This document shows, piece by piece, positions 25,092 through 35,473 of a stretch of DNA of 64,000 bases; position 1 is the first letter of the stretch; each line of letters opens with the position of its first letter. The stretch lies in contig OZ251235.1 of the NCBI GenBank assembly GCA_965240325.2, positions 1,426,001 to 1,490,000 of the forward strand. Direction: 5' to 3'. Source of the DNA: Rebecca billardiae RCC1528. Taxonomy: Eukaryota > Protista > Haptophyta. The notes under the pieces were generated by a model that saw only the letters and a list, made by a program, of their open reading frames with translations, searched no databases and was not told the origin of the DNA. Position numbers and translations under genes: made by a program.

Positions 25092-25219
25092 TTGACGCTT
25101 CATAGACGTGCGTCAAGTACTAGTACTATCATAGTATCATAGTAGCCAGACAGTACTAGTAGCCAGTCGTACACTACCAGGTAGTTTCGTACTACTAGAA
25201 AATCGAGTCAGCTGGGGAG

Positions 25220-26074
25220 ATGGTCGCCATCCTTCCTGACACGACGGCGCCGTCGGCGAGCGCGATGGTGCGCACACTATCGGACCGCCCACGTGTCCAC
25301 GTGCAGCGAACGCGCAACCGCTTTGTCCAGCGCTGGTGCGGCTGTTGCTGCCCCGCGCGCCGTGAGTACTCGCTCTCGCCCGATGACCCGCTGCAGCGTG
25401 AACCATCGACTGCGAGTGGCGCGGGCGCGCGCACGCACGACGACCGGCTCATCGAGGAGTCCGGGATCTGCGTGCGCGCGCTCTTGGGCAGCATGCGGCC
25501 GTTCCGCATGCGGCTGTTTGACTCGGAGAGCCGAGGCGGTGGCGAGTTCTTCGTGATCAAGCGGCCATTGCGGTGCGGCGTCGGCGCGGGCAAGTGCTGC
25601 TGCGGGCAGGAGGCCGTCGCGCTGGACGGCGGCGGCGCAGTGGTCGGCACGGTTCGGGAGGGAGCATGGATGTGGCCGTGCGTTCCACCGCACTTCGTCG
25701 TGTTGGACCACATCGGCAAGCCAACCCTCGATGTGCGGTCGCAGAGCCCGTGCCTTGGCGCATGCTGCTGCGTATGCTGCGACCACACGGGCGTGTGCGA
25801 GTGTCTCGGCTGCACGCAGCTCTGCACGGGCTCCTGTGGTTGCTTTGGATGCGCGCCCAAGCACTTCGTCGTGCGTCACACTGGCCGGCCTTCGGCGGAC
25901 GAGGTCGGCCGCATCACGCGCGTGCGCGACGAGCCATGCGGGCCAGCATTGCCGTGCATGCCGGCGCGCGGCGGGCGGCGCACGTGGCTCGCCGAGCTGA
26001 ACGACCAGTTCCCTGACGGCACGACGGTCGCGCTCGTCCTCACGGCGACTGCGCTGATCGACCAAGTCTTTTAG
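25220..26074 (+). CDS. Phospholipid scramblase family protein (Cys-rich)
   Basis: 284-aa ORF with scramblase-like segments EESGICVRALLGSMRPFRMRL, FFVIKRPLRCG..CCCGQE, VVGTVRE, EVGRITR and a C-terminal helix ALVLTATALIDQVF. Confidence 0.8.
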   Translation: MVAILPDTTAPSASAMVRTLSDRPRVHVQRTRNRFVQRWCGCCCPARREYSLSPDDPLQREPSTASGAGARTHDDRLIEESGICVRALLGSMRPFRMRLFDSESRGGGEFFVIKRPLRCGVGAGKCCCGQEAVALDGGGAVVGTVREGAWMWPCVPPHFVVLDHIGKPTLDVRSQSPCLGACCCVCCDHTGVCECLGCTQLCTGSCGCFGCAPKHFVVRHTGRPSADEVGRITRVRDEPCGPALPCMPARGGRRTWLAELNDQFPDGTTVALVLTATALIDQVF

Positions 26075-26539
26075 TCCGTCGTGCTGTCGTGCTGTCTGCT
26101 GATCAGCCACGCTCACTCGGGATGACGCCGATGTGAGTGCGCGTCGGTCATCGAGTCACCTGTCAGACTGTCAGTGAGTCACTACTCGGTGTGACGGCTG
26201 TCCGTCATCCACTGTCAGAATCGGACCGTCGGACTCTATTAAAGGCCCGCGCCCTTCTCACTCACGGGCCTCATTATATATTAGAAGATCGACGCGAATC
26301 TAACTACTCAGTACTACGACTACGTACGTATACTCACGAATGCCCTCAAGCTAGTAGCTACGGCCCGGACGTGGCGCGTACCCGAGGCCCTTCACTACCA
26401 GGCCGCCCGGCGACCCGCCTGCGGCTACTCACAGCAGCGGCTAGGCCGAGGCTGAGCGATCGGAATTCAATCGACGCTCGGACGCTGCATGTCGCAGAGT
26501 GCTGCGCCACTATCAAATATATATAATTATCAGCTGATG

Positions 26540-27480
26540 CATGACCGCGTTCCGCGTTTCTTGCGCGTAAACCAACGCAGTTGGGGTCCCGCGGTGCCGT
26601 CGTCAGAACTCCGACGGCGTCTGCACTCTGCTGCCATTGCCTCTGCGACTGACGTTGCGACTACCGACTGCGCCTCGTTGCCGGGGTGGCGGCCTGTTGG
26701 CACCCGTACGACCAGGTTGCCAGGCACGGTGCGCCACCCGCAGCCCTGCTCCCCTACGGGAGCGGCGCCATGATGGACTCACCGCCTCGGCCTGGGGCAC
26801 GCGGCGGCGACGGCAGATGCCGCCGCGGCCGAGCGCCTTCCGGAGCACTTGGATGAGGGTGAGGTCGTAGTCGATGTCGCCGCCCGCCGACCTAGCGGCG
26901 AGCAGCTGCGGCAGGCCGGGCAGCGGCGTGGCTGTCGCCCCCGTGCGCCCGCGTGGGCGCCTGGAAGTGGATGAGGATGAGGTCGTAGTACGCGTCGCCG
27001 CGCGCCGGCCAAGCGGCGCGCAGCTGCAGAAGAGGGGCTTGGAGAGTGAGCGCCGCCTAGTGCGCTCTGGGTGATGAAGCGGATGAGGTTGTAGTCGACG
27101 TCGCAGCCCGGCCCGCCGGCGGGCTGCTGCAGATCTATCGGCAGTGCTGGATGCTGCGGGGAACCTGGCCCCTGGGCTCACGTCACACCCCGCACCCCCT
27201 GCCCCAGGCTAGGGTGGACTGGGTGGAGCAATAAGGGGCACGGAGGAGGCCAGCGCCAAGGGCCAGGTGGGTGGAGCGGCGTCCACCTGCTGGCATCGCC
27301 CCTCGAGGCGATGTCACATGCACTAGATGCAGGACAGCACGGGGCCGGCGCGCCCGGCGCCGCGGCGGCCCGCGGGCCGTGGAGGAAGATGAATGAAGAG
27401 GGTGCCAGTCGCGCCTATCCCGGACCCGCTGTAGTGCGAGTGTGATGGTTGATCTACGCGCTCCTACTTCCTAGAGATAT
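26540..27480 (-). mobile_element. Probable (TA)-associated element family B, inverted and likely truncated copy
   Basis: 26540-26600 is the reverse complement of the terminus at 31445-31506. It is bounded by TA-rich tracts at ~26517 and 27482; the right end is uncertain. Confidence 0.45.
26851..27110 (-). repeat. Three degenerate ~110-bp repeats encoding GD(V/A/I)xY(D/N)L(I/T)-like fragments
   Basis: A GGATGAGG..GAGGT(C/T)GTAGT...GTCGC motif occurs at ~26851, ~26969 and ~27071; the reading frames are disrupted. Confidence 0.5.
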
Positions 27481-28935
27481 GTATATATTATATATATATA
27501 TATATATTATGGCGCACGGAACCCCCCCGAAAGGTCTGAACGTGAGCGAAAGCCGGGGGGGGGGGGCGGCGCACGTGCTCCGCAAAATCAAAAAGAGGAT
27601 GCGCGCAGGATTTTGGGGATTTTTCGGTAGGTGGCCACCGCGTATGAGTGGATATCGCTGCCGCAATGATTGCGTTTGTACTGCCCCTTAATTTTAACGA
27701 TAGTAACACTTAGGGGAATGCAGGGTGGAATAGCACATAACACCAGCCGTGTGTTAGAACATTCCGTCATAGTAAGATGCCTGAATTGTAAGAGCCTGAA
27801 ACAGCTCGCCAACCATAGAAACGATAGGTTGGGTCGTCAGCTTTGATTCACGCGCTTCTGAAAAACAGCGTTTTAGATCAGACGCATCCCTCTTCTCTTA
27901 AGAGAACTGCGCTTCAAAAACACCGTTTCAACGAAAGACGATCGCCCGCCATTCAACTGAAACGAGATTCTGCATAAAGCGAACCAAACATTTGGTTCGG
28001 TGGCAATCCAATTCTTGTATTTCAGATGAACGACATAGCCTGAAGGCGAACATTCTCGCTCTCGACCCATATGATCATTATTTTGTTGATGAGGCCTGAA
28101 TTCGCTCCTCAACAATGATGGCAGCGACGCGATATGGTATTGCGCGGGTAGCTTGAATCGACGTTCCCGCGCTCTATCTGCGATCAATAAGAGCTCTCTG
28201 ATTCAAATGGGTGTACGCTGTCCTGGACAGACTCTGATCAATGATGATCGGCACGAAAAGTTGCGCGTGACGGCTCGGTGACGACGATCCAACGGCAAAG
28301 TGCCGCGGGTGCGGCGGCGTCGGTGCGGCGGAGGCGGAGGCGGAGGCGTCGGGGGAGGCGGCTGAAGGGAGCGAGGGCGATGGTGGCGGCGCAGTCGAGG
28401 GAGGTGCGCCGAATGGCATGTCCGTCCTCACCCTCGCCGGCGGCGGCCGCCCGCGTGCCGCCGCCGCCGCGGCTCCGCGGCTTGCTGGCGACCGGACTGC
28501 ACGGGTGATGCGACCGGACGCGCCGATGCTGCGCGCGTACGGGGTGGCGCAGCTGCTGCTCGAGGTGATCGCGCACTGTGCGCTCGACCCCGCCGAGCCC
28601 GCCGCATGCGCCACCCTCTCCGCAGGCTGCGTCGCAAATCTGACCTATCCGGTCGACAGGCGTCTGCACTCGGACCGCGCGGCGGTGCGGCGCGAGGCCG
28701 AGCGCGGGAGCCTGGGCGGCGGCGGGCGCGCGGCGGGGCATGTGCTGCCCGAGAGGCTGGCGCACTCGCCCAGCGCCGCCGCGCACACCGCCGCCGACCT
28801 CGCGCGCACGACCTCCGTCAACTCCTCCGTCAGCGGCGGAGAGCGCGTCGCGTCGCTGCCCACGCGGCTGGTCGCTGCCGCCCAGCCGGTTCGTCATCCG
28901 AGCGCAGTCAGTCGCCCGGCGGCGGCGGGGCGGAT

Positions 28936-29027
28936 CGGAGGCGGCGGCGTCGGAGGGCGGCGTCGGAGGGCGGCGTCGGAGGGCGGCGTCGGAGGGCGGC
29001 GTCGGAGGGCGGAGCGGAGGGCGGCGG
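28936..29027. repeat. 13-bp minisatellite (CGGAGGGCGGCGT) x ~6-7
   Basis: Directly visible tandem copies. Confidence 0.9.
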
Positions 29028-29301
29028 CGCGCCGCCGCCGCCGCCCGACGGGCTGCCGCGATCGCCGCTCGCCGCCGCGATCGCCGCCGCCGACGGCAGC
29101 GGCGGCGCGCGGGCGCCCGCAGCGCGCGCCGGGCCGGTCGCCGCCTGGGTGGTGGGACCGCCGCTGGGGGGCGGGGCGGGCGGAGGAGATGGCGGTGGCG
29201 AAGGAGGACGCGGTGGTGGACGTGGACGTCACGCAGTCCGGGCTGCACTGGCTCATCCACCTCCTCTCCGCACTCGACCCGCCGCCGTCACCGACGGCGC
29301 A

Positions 29302-29570
29302 GCAGCTGGCGGCGGCGCGACGGACGGTGGCGGGCGCGGCCGCGGCCGAAGCGGGCGCGCGCCGCGCGCGCCGCTGCGGCGGCGTGGAGCGGCGGGAGCT
29401 GAGCGGCGCGCTGCTGCACACGCAGTCACGCTGCAGCGCAGCTGGCGGCGGCGCGACGGACGGTGGCGGGCGCGGCCGCGGCCGAGGCGGGCGCGCGCCG
29501 CGCGCGCCGCTGCGGCGGCGTGGAGCGGCGGGAGCTGAGCGGCGCGCTGCTGCACACGCAGTCACGCTGC
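29302..29570. repeat. 136-bp tandem duplication
   Basis: 29302-29434 and 29438-29570 are near identical. Confidence 0.9.
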
Positions 29571-29838
29571 GCTTACGTGCTGCAGGACGCTGTGCGAGCG
29601 CGCCACCGCCGACGCCGTCGCGCCGCCGCTGCCCCCGCCGCACCGGCACCGTCCGACCGTCCGACCGTGTCGTCACAAGCCGCGGCTGCTGCTCACATTC
29701 ACAAGCTGCGTGATCGGTGACTCTGAGTCTGAGCACTAGCCACTAGGGCCGTGCGCCCTCAACTTCGTTGTTCACTACCCGAAGATCGGCGTAGCCGATC
29801 ATATATATATATATATATATATGATATATATATATATA

Positions 29839-31506
29839 TTATGGCCCTGGCCCGCGGTGCAGGGCGGAGCGCGCAGCGTGGAGCCCGCTCCGTGGGCCCT
29901 AACCACGTTTCAAAAAGATCTTTGATCAAGAAAAAAGGGACGGGGGACGATTTTCATGGCTGGAGGAGACCGAGTTTCGAATTTTGAGACCCTCTCTAAC
30001 ACGCATCACGGCCGAAAAAGGTCGCGCCCACGGCAAGTTCATAGTAAAGCGTGGAGTGACGCCCGTCCAAGCCCGTCCAAAAAACTTCACGCCCTTTAGG
30101 ATCCCTAACGTAACGAACCGTTACAAGCGATTTTTTCGGCCAATGAGATTGCAGCAAGGTCCAAGGAGCGATGACGTATCTAGATAGAGATTGCCGCGAA
30201 CCGACGATGTGACCATGTACGTCCCTTGAATCAGTTGAATCAACTATTCAATCGCGCCGTGTCTGTATCAGGAGCCGACGAGGCAAGGGTCAGTAGCCGA
30301 TGGGCCAACCTCGGCGAATCTCAATACTATCTGACGCCGGAAGCGGGAGCCGGGGCGCGCGGGCCCGCGTTTTGTACGCCACGGCTGCGGCGAGACCGCG
30401 AGAGGAGGCGAGCTGACGAGCGACCGACGGGTGAGGACGGCGATGGGCAGGTGCGCGCGGCGAGTTGCGCCTGGAGCGCGCGGCTGCGGCGGGTCCCGAC
30501 TGCCGTCGACATCGCGTTCGTGCCCCCGCTCACTCCGCGCGCCCCCGCCGCCCCGTGTCGATGCCTGCGCGCGGCCGCGCGCCGGTCGGCGCCGGGGCGC
30601 CCCGGCCGCGCCGCGGCAGCCGCCCTGTATTCGTTCGGGCTCTCGCAAGCTCGGGGGCAGCGGCGCCTGATGCCGGACTGATCGATCTCTGAGTCTTCGA
30701 CTTCACCACGCGCCGCCCTTGCCATGCCTTTCCGGGGAGCGCCGGCGATCCGAGTCCATCGTCGACGGTCGACTCTGAGCGAGGGCTACGCCTCGCGGAA
30801 CTGAACGGTACTCTACGAGGAGGACGAGCTGCGCGGGCGACGGTGGTGCGTGACGTCCCCAGAGCTGGCTGTGCCTCTGCAACGCGTGCCGAGCCTGATC
30901 GAGGTGTGTCAGCCCGTGCACGCGCGGCGTGCGCGAACGATCCGTGACTGGTGCCCAGTCGCACCTCCGACCTCGGCACCGTGCTCCCTCGGGCTGTCAG
31001 CTGCGCGTGGCCTGGCGTGCACGTCGAGTTGCGCTCATGCGTCGATCACGCCTCGCGCCCGCCTGTCGGCCGTCGCGCAGGCGCTGGTCGAACCCTACTC
31101 GGACCAGTGCAAATCATCTAACTATCCTGGCGCTGCCGGTGCGCGGTGACCCGCGGCGGGACAGCGGTCAGTCAGCAGCAGCCGGCCCGAACGAATCCGC
31201 GGCCCCGCACCGTGCTCCCTGGCTGTCAGCTTCGCGTGGCCTGGCGTGCACGTGGAGTCGCGCTCATGCGTCGATCACGCCTCGTCGCACCCGCCTGTAC
31301 ACAATCGGCGCCGCGCCGGTGGCTGCGAAGTGCGCCGATGGGCCCGCGCCCCGGGCGCGGCGGGCGGCGGCGCGCCGCTGGAGTCTAGTTGTACGGGCAT
31401 GCAACTCCGGGTCTGTCAATAGACGACTGCGATGGAGGGTGCACCGCCACCGCGGGCCCTGAACTATACGTTCGTTCTACGGAAAAGGACCGCGGAACGC
31501 GGTCAT
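29839..31506 (+). mobile_element. Element family B copy: (TA)n|TTATGGC ... terminal hairpin GACCGCG-GAA-CGCGGTC|ATGTATAT
   Basis: Same 5' TTATGGC after (TA)n and the same 3' terminal architecture as 27507-29802. Contains an internal ~90-bp direct repeat. Confidence 0.55.
30976..31298. repeat. ~90-bp direct repeat (30976-31066 and 31207-31298)
   Basis: GCACCGTGCTCCCT..GGCTGTCAGCT.CGCGTGGCCTGGCGTGCACGT.GAGT.GCGCTCATGCGTCGATCACGCCTCG occurs twice. Confidence 0.9.
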
Positions 31507-31824
31507 GTATATGAAGCCACCTGACTCCTGAGGCCGAGGGGCCGAGTTCGTCAGCCGCTCTCCGACTGACTCGCCGTTCGCGCGTGAGTGAGACTGTGAG
31601 TGGCGGCGGACCGTCTTATTGCTGGCGGTCGTCATATGTTAAATGACGCGCCCGGGCCCGCCGGGGCCCGCGCAGCCTAGTTCAGACTACAGTCGTGATT
31701 GCTCACTGAATTGCTGCATCAGAGTGCAGTCGGATTGCAGCACTACTGGCGGCACTAACTGCTTAGACGAGTTGTCAGTTGAGCAGTCGGAGAAGCATGC
31801 CAATTGGCATTCCAAGGTCGGTAA

Positions 31825-32664
31825 TCACAGACTCGGAGCGGCCTGACGAGCCACTGTGCCCAAGTCGGGCGTGCTGTGCCTCCGCGGCCGATGGCCTCGT
31901 GCTTCTCCTCGGCGCGGCTGTGAGCCGGCCGGGGGGTGTGCGAGAGCGCCCCAAATGTACTCCTTCTCCTTCCGGTTCGTCAGCTGCTTCACCAGGTAGA
32001 AGAAGACGCCGCCGCGCGTGCGTCGGCGCTGCGAGCCGTCACAGGTGAGGAGCCCACCCGAGGCCTCGGTCTCCTCGGCGCGCTCGAGGAGCTCAATCAC
32101 CTTCTCTGTGCCGAGCAGGGCGACGGTACGCTCGATTGTGCGCCGTGCGTCGTCCAGCGCCTCGTTCAGTCGCTCGGCGACCAGCCGTGCGACGTTGATG
32201 GAGGCCGCATCGATGGGCTCGCCGGAGGGCGTGAGGTTTGGTGGTGCGGCAGTAGTGCCGTTGCCTCGATCGCGGCTCTGCCTGCTGCCCAGGTGCTCCT
32301 CGAGGAGCGACTCGTATTCAGCTGGCTCGCACACGGGCCGGGCCACTGGTTTGCGTGCCTTCTTGCGCACCACGGGCTGCACGAGCTCATCTGCCACCGC
32401 AGCGGCATCCAGATCCACCCATGAGGTCTGTGTTCGCTCGACACGCTTGCGATTCCGCTGCACTGCTGGTCGCTGTTGCGGAGGCACGGCGGCGGGTGGG
32501 CTAGGCTCCGGAGGCGCGGACGCTTCGCGAGAGCCCGCGACCTCCTCGTCGTATGCCACACTCTCGCGCGGCTCGTCGACACGGCGTTGGCTCGAGTACG
32601 CAACCCCACCGAACACGTGGTTGATCTCATCCAGCGCGCTCTGCAGAGGCGCGAGGGAGGACAT
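31825..32664 (-). CDS. PHAX: PHAX (phosphorylated adaptor for RNA export) RNA-binding-domain protein; 3' end may be spliced
   Basis: VAERLNE...IERTVALLGTEKVIELLERAEETEASGGLLTCDGSQRRRTRGGVFFYLVK matches the PHAX RNA-binding domain. ATG at 32664. Confidence 0.85.
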   Translation of the reverse strand: MSSLAPLQSALDEINHVFGGVAYSSQRRVDEPRESVAYDEEVAGSREASAPPEPSPPAAVPPQQRPAVQRNRKRVERTQTSWVDLDAAAVADELVQPVVRKKARKPVARPVCEPAEYESLLEEHLGSRQSRDRGNGTTAAPPNLTPSGEPIDAASINVARLVAERLNEALDDARRTIERTVALLGTEKVIELLERAEETEASGGLLTCDGSQRRRTRGGVFFYLVKQLTNRKEKEYIWGALAHPPAGSQPRRGEARGHRPRRHSTPDLGTVARQAAPSL

Positions 32665-32764
32665 GCGTCCGAGGTCGAGTCCAGCGGACGAGTCCAGCCC
32701 ACGCCCGACTCGTCGCGACTCGCGACGCACTGACGACTCACTGACGCTCCCACCACCAACCAAC

Positions 32765-34291
32765 ATGGCGGCCGACGCCGCCGTCCAGTACGTGTCGGTC
32801 CGCCTCGCGCACGGGATGAACAACCAGCGGCAGGTGCTCACGATGGGCGCGCTGGTGGCGCTGCTGCTCAATCGCACGCTCGTCGTGCCCCGCGCCTTCA
32901 CCCCGTCCGTGCACAACCACGACCCCGCCTCGCCCATCGACGGCGTGTACGACGTCGCCGCGCTCGGCCGGCTCGTGCCGCTCGTGCGCGCCGTGCCAGG
33001 GGAGGCGGCGGGCGGCGTCGGCGTCGGCGTCGGCGGCGGCGGCAGCGGCGGGTCGGCGGGTGGCGCCGTGCGCAAGGTGCGCTGGAGCGCCGGCTGCTGC
33101 GACCTCACCGCCGCCGACGTCCGCACCGTCGCGGGCGGCGTGCGCGCGCGCGTGCTGCACATCAAGACGGACTACGTGTACGCGCGGCCCTTCTTCGGGG
33201 CGGAGCTGGGCGCGGCGTTGCGCGCGCTGATGCGCGACGGGCTGCGGCCGGCGGCGCGCGTGCGCGCGTGCGCGGCCTCGCTGCTCGCCGCCGCGCGCGT
33301 CGGCGTGGCCGGCGCGCTGCACTGCGTGCACATGCGCGTGGGCGACCGCTGCCCGTACCCGCTGCTCGCGTGCGGCCGGGGCGAGCGGCGCGGAGGCGGA
33401 GGCGGAGGCGGAGCGGGCGGGCGGCGCGTGCACGTGCGCGCGGGGGAGCGCGAGCGGATGTGCGAGTGGGACGACGACGCCGCCGCCGACGCCGACGCCG
33501 CCGCCCGCCGCCCGCCCAACGCCTCCGCCGCGCGGCTCGTGTCGATGCTGGACGCCCTCGGCGGCTCGGGCGCGGTGCGCGCTGGAGACGGCGTGTATGT
33601 GGCGACGAACGCGTGGGCGGAGGGGAGCGTGCAGGCGCTGGCGGGCGCGCTGAGCCGCGCGGGCGTGCGCGTGCGCTCGTGGGCGAGCGCGGGCTCGGGC
33701 GCGCCCGCCGCCGCCGTCGGCGCCGACGCCAACGCCGTCTCCGCGTGCGAGCAGCTCGCGTGCGCGCTGACAGACGGAGGGTACACCGCCGCGTTCCCGT
33801 CGTCGTGGGACGAGTGGGTGCTGCACGCGCGCGCGTGGGGCGGGAGGGAAGGGGCGGGGGCGCAGCTCGCGCTGTTCGAGGCCAAGGCTCGCGCCATGTT
33901 CGAGTTCGACCGGCTCGCCAAGCTCGCGAGCGGGCGACGCGCCGGCGGCGTGCGCGGCGCGCGTGCGTGCCACGCGTGCCTGCCACCCGGCGCGCTGCTC
34001 GCGCCGCCCGGCGGCGTGCCGCCGCGCGCGCGGGGGCGGCGGCGGCGCGCGGCCGACTGCCCGCCCATCGCGCACCGCGCGGAAGGGATCGGCCCGTCGC
34101 GCGCGCGCGCGGACGGGCCGGCCGCCGCCGAGCGCGCGCGCGCGCGCGGACGGCGCGCGGACGCGCAGCCGCCGCCGCGGCCGCGGCCGCGGCCAGCGGC
34201 AGCACTGGCATCGCTCATCATGGCGCGACGACGAGCGGCCGCCCTGGCAGCGACCACGACGATGATCGACGGGGTGGGGGATACGCGCTGA
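32765..34291 (+). CDS. GDP-fucose O-fucosyltransferase-like glycosyltransferase (GT-B)
   Basis: GMNNQR...ALLLNRTLVVP, CVHMRVGD, VYVATN and CEQLAC...SSW motifs are typical of O-FucT families. Confidence 0.75.
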   Translation: MAADAAVQYVSVRLAHGMNNQRQVLTMGALVALLLNRTLVVPRAFTPSVHNHDPASPIDGVYDVAALGRLVPLVRAVPGEAAGGVGVGVGGGGSGGSAGGAVRKVRWSAGCCDLTAADVRTVAGGVRARVLHIKTDYVYARPFFGAELGAALRALMRDGLRPAARVRACAASLLAAARVGVAGALHCVHMRVGDRCPYPLLACGRGERRGGGGGGGAGGRRVHVRAGERERMCEWDDDAAADADAAARRPPNASAARLVSMLDALGGSGAVRAGDGVYVATNAWAEGSVQALAGALSRAGVRVRSWASAGSGAPAAAVGADANAVSACEQLACALTDGGYTAAFPSSWDEWVLHARAWGGREGAGAQLALFEAKARAMFEFDRLAKLASGRRAGGVRGARACHACLPPGALLAPPGGVPPRARGRRRRAADCPPIAHRAEGIGPSRARADGPAAAERARARGRRADAQPPPRPRPRPAAALASLIMARRRAAALAATTTMIDGVGDTR

Positions 34292-35289
34292 CGCATCGCG
34301 CTCAGCGCGGCACGTCGTGCTTAATATTTATATATATATATATATAGCGCACGCATTATATTTGATGACGACTGGTAGGCTGCGTGAGTGCACGCAGCAC
34401 GGCCAGCGTCCCGGCTTATTGGCCGATGATTCGATATATGAGATTGACGACGCGAGTCGCATCCGGCATCATCATCATGTCGCACATCATCGTCGTAGTC
34501 AGGCGGCTACGCAGTCAGCGCGGGTCTGATCGGCCTGCCGCCTGCGCAGTGATGTGCGCACGCGTAATCATGTCGCTGCTAGCAGCGGTAGATTCGCATG
34601 ACGAGTTTATTATTAATTAATTATTGACGACGGCGCCGGCCCGACGACCACGACGACCTCGTTGTGCGGCCCGGATCTGACACTCTGTCACTGGCATCAC
34701 TGTCACTACTGTCAGGCGCCAGTCACTCGGAGGCGGGCACCGGCCTGATGATGCCAAGCCATCGCTGCGGAGCACCATCAACGGTGCTGGCAGCAACGGC
34801 AAGTTCGCAATTGCTTGCCGGCGCGTAGCTAGTCGACGTTGGCGCATTTCGTAACATACTACTTATCAATATAACAGACGACACAGTGCGCTACTAATAA
34901 CCAGTGACCGCGCCACCGAAAGTTATATTGAGACTGCTGATGACGATGATTTCTGAATGGCGAAGGCAGGTCGCGGACGCATTGTATCAGTCAGCATATA
35001 TCGATTATCGGTTCTGACTGACAGTGACAGTACGTGTGATGCCAATATTAATGACGATGCGGCGGGGCGGCCCCAATCCCCATCATCACTCACGTTACAC
35101 AGCGCCGATCACGCACTGAATTAGCAGCGCAGTATAAATAATAATAATCATTATTCTGATGACCGATTCACGCAGTCAGTGAGTCACGCTGGCTGATGAG
35201 TGGCTCGTGACGAACTTATATTCGTCTCACGGGCCGGCGGCGGGCGGTCCGGTGGCACGGGTCGTGTACGACGCGGTCTGCGCTGCTCT

Positions 35290-35398
<109 letters not shown>

Positions 35399-35473
35399 CG
35401 CGCCTGCGCTAGCAGTCATTTATTTAAAAGGCAGACGATGATGGTTACGACTTACGGGCTGCCGGCGGCTTCG

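Larger units (their letters stand above)
28418..29720 (+). pseudogene. Disrupted or captured gene fragment (helical, possibly ARM-like segments)
   Basis: Protein-like stretches (AQLLLEVIAHCALD..ATLSAGCVANL; DVDVTQSGLHWLIHLLSAL) are interrupted by a 13-bp minisatellite and a frameshifting 136-bp duplication. Confidence 0.35.
27507..29802 (+). mobile_element. Element family B copy: (TA)n|TTATGGC ... terminal hairpin GATCGGC-GTA-GCCGATC|(AT)n
   Basis: Flanked on both sides by (TA)n. The 3' ~60 bp is similar to 31445-31506 and 26540-26600. Confidence 0.55.

Noticed and set aside
1397-25142. Giant plus-strand ORFs (7902, 7670, 5153 and 2174 aa) and ~150 small minus-strand ORFs
   Set aside because: The monomer lacks plus-strand stops in all frames, and the mix of 224/225/203-bp units cycles the frames, so all three frames give the same peptides. 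This is a satellite artefact.
26540-31506. A single 5-kb TIR transposon bounded by the inverted termini at 26540 and 31506
   Set aside because: A third copy of the terminus at ~29800 and two internal TTATGGC starts fit separate asymmetric elements better, though this is not fully excluded.
35190-35230. Hammerhead-like CTGATGAG...GACGAAC...GTC
   Set aside because: GAAC instead of GAAA, and no stem I pairing.
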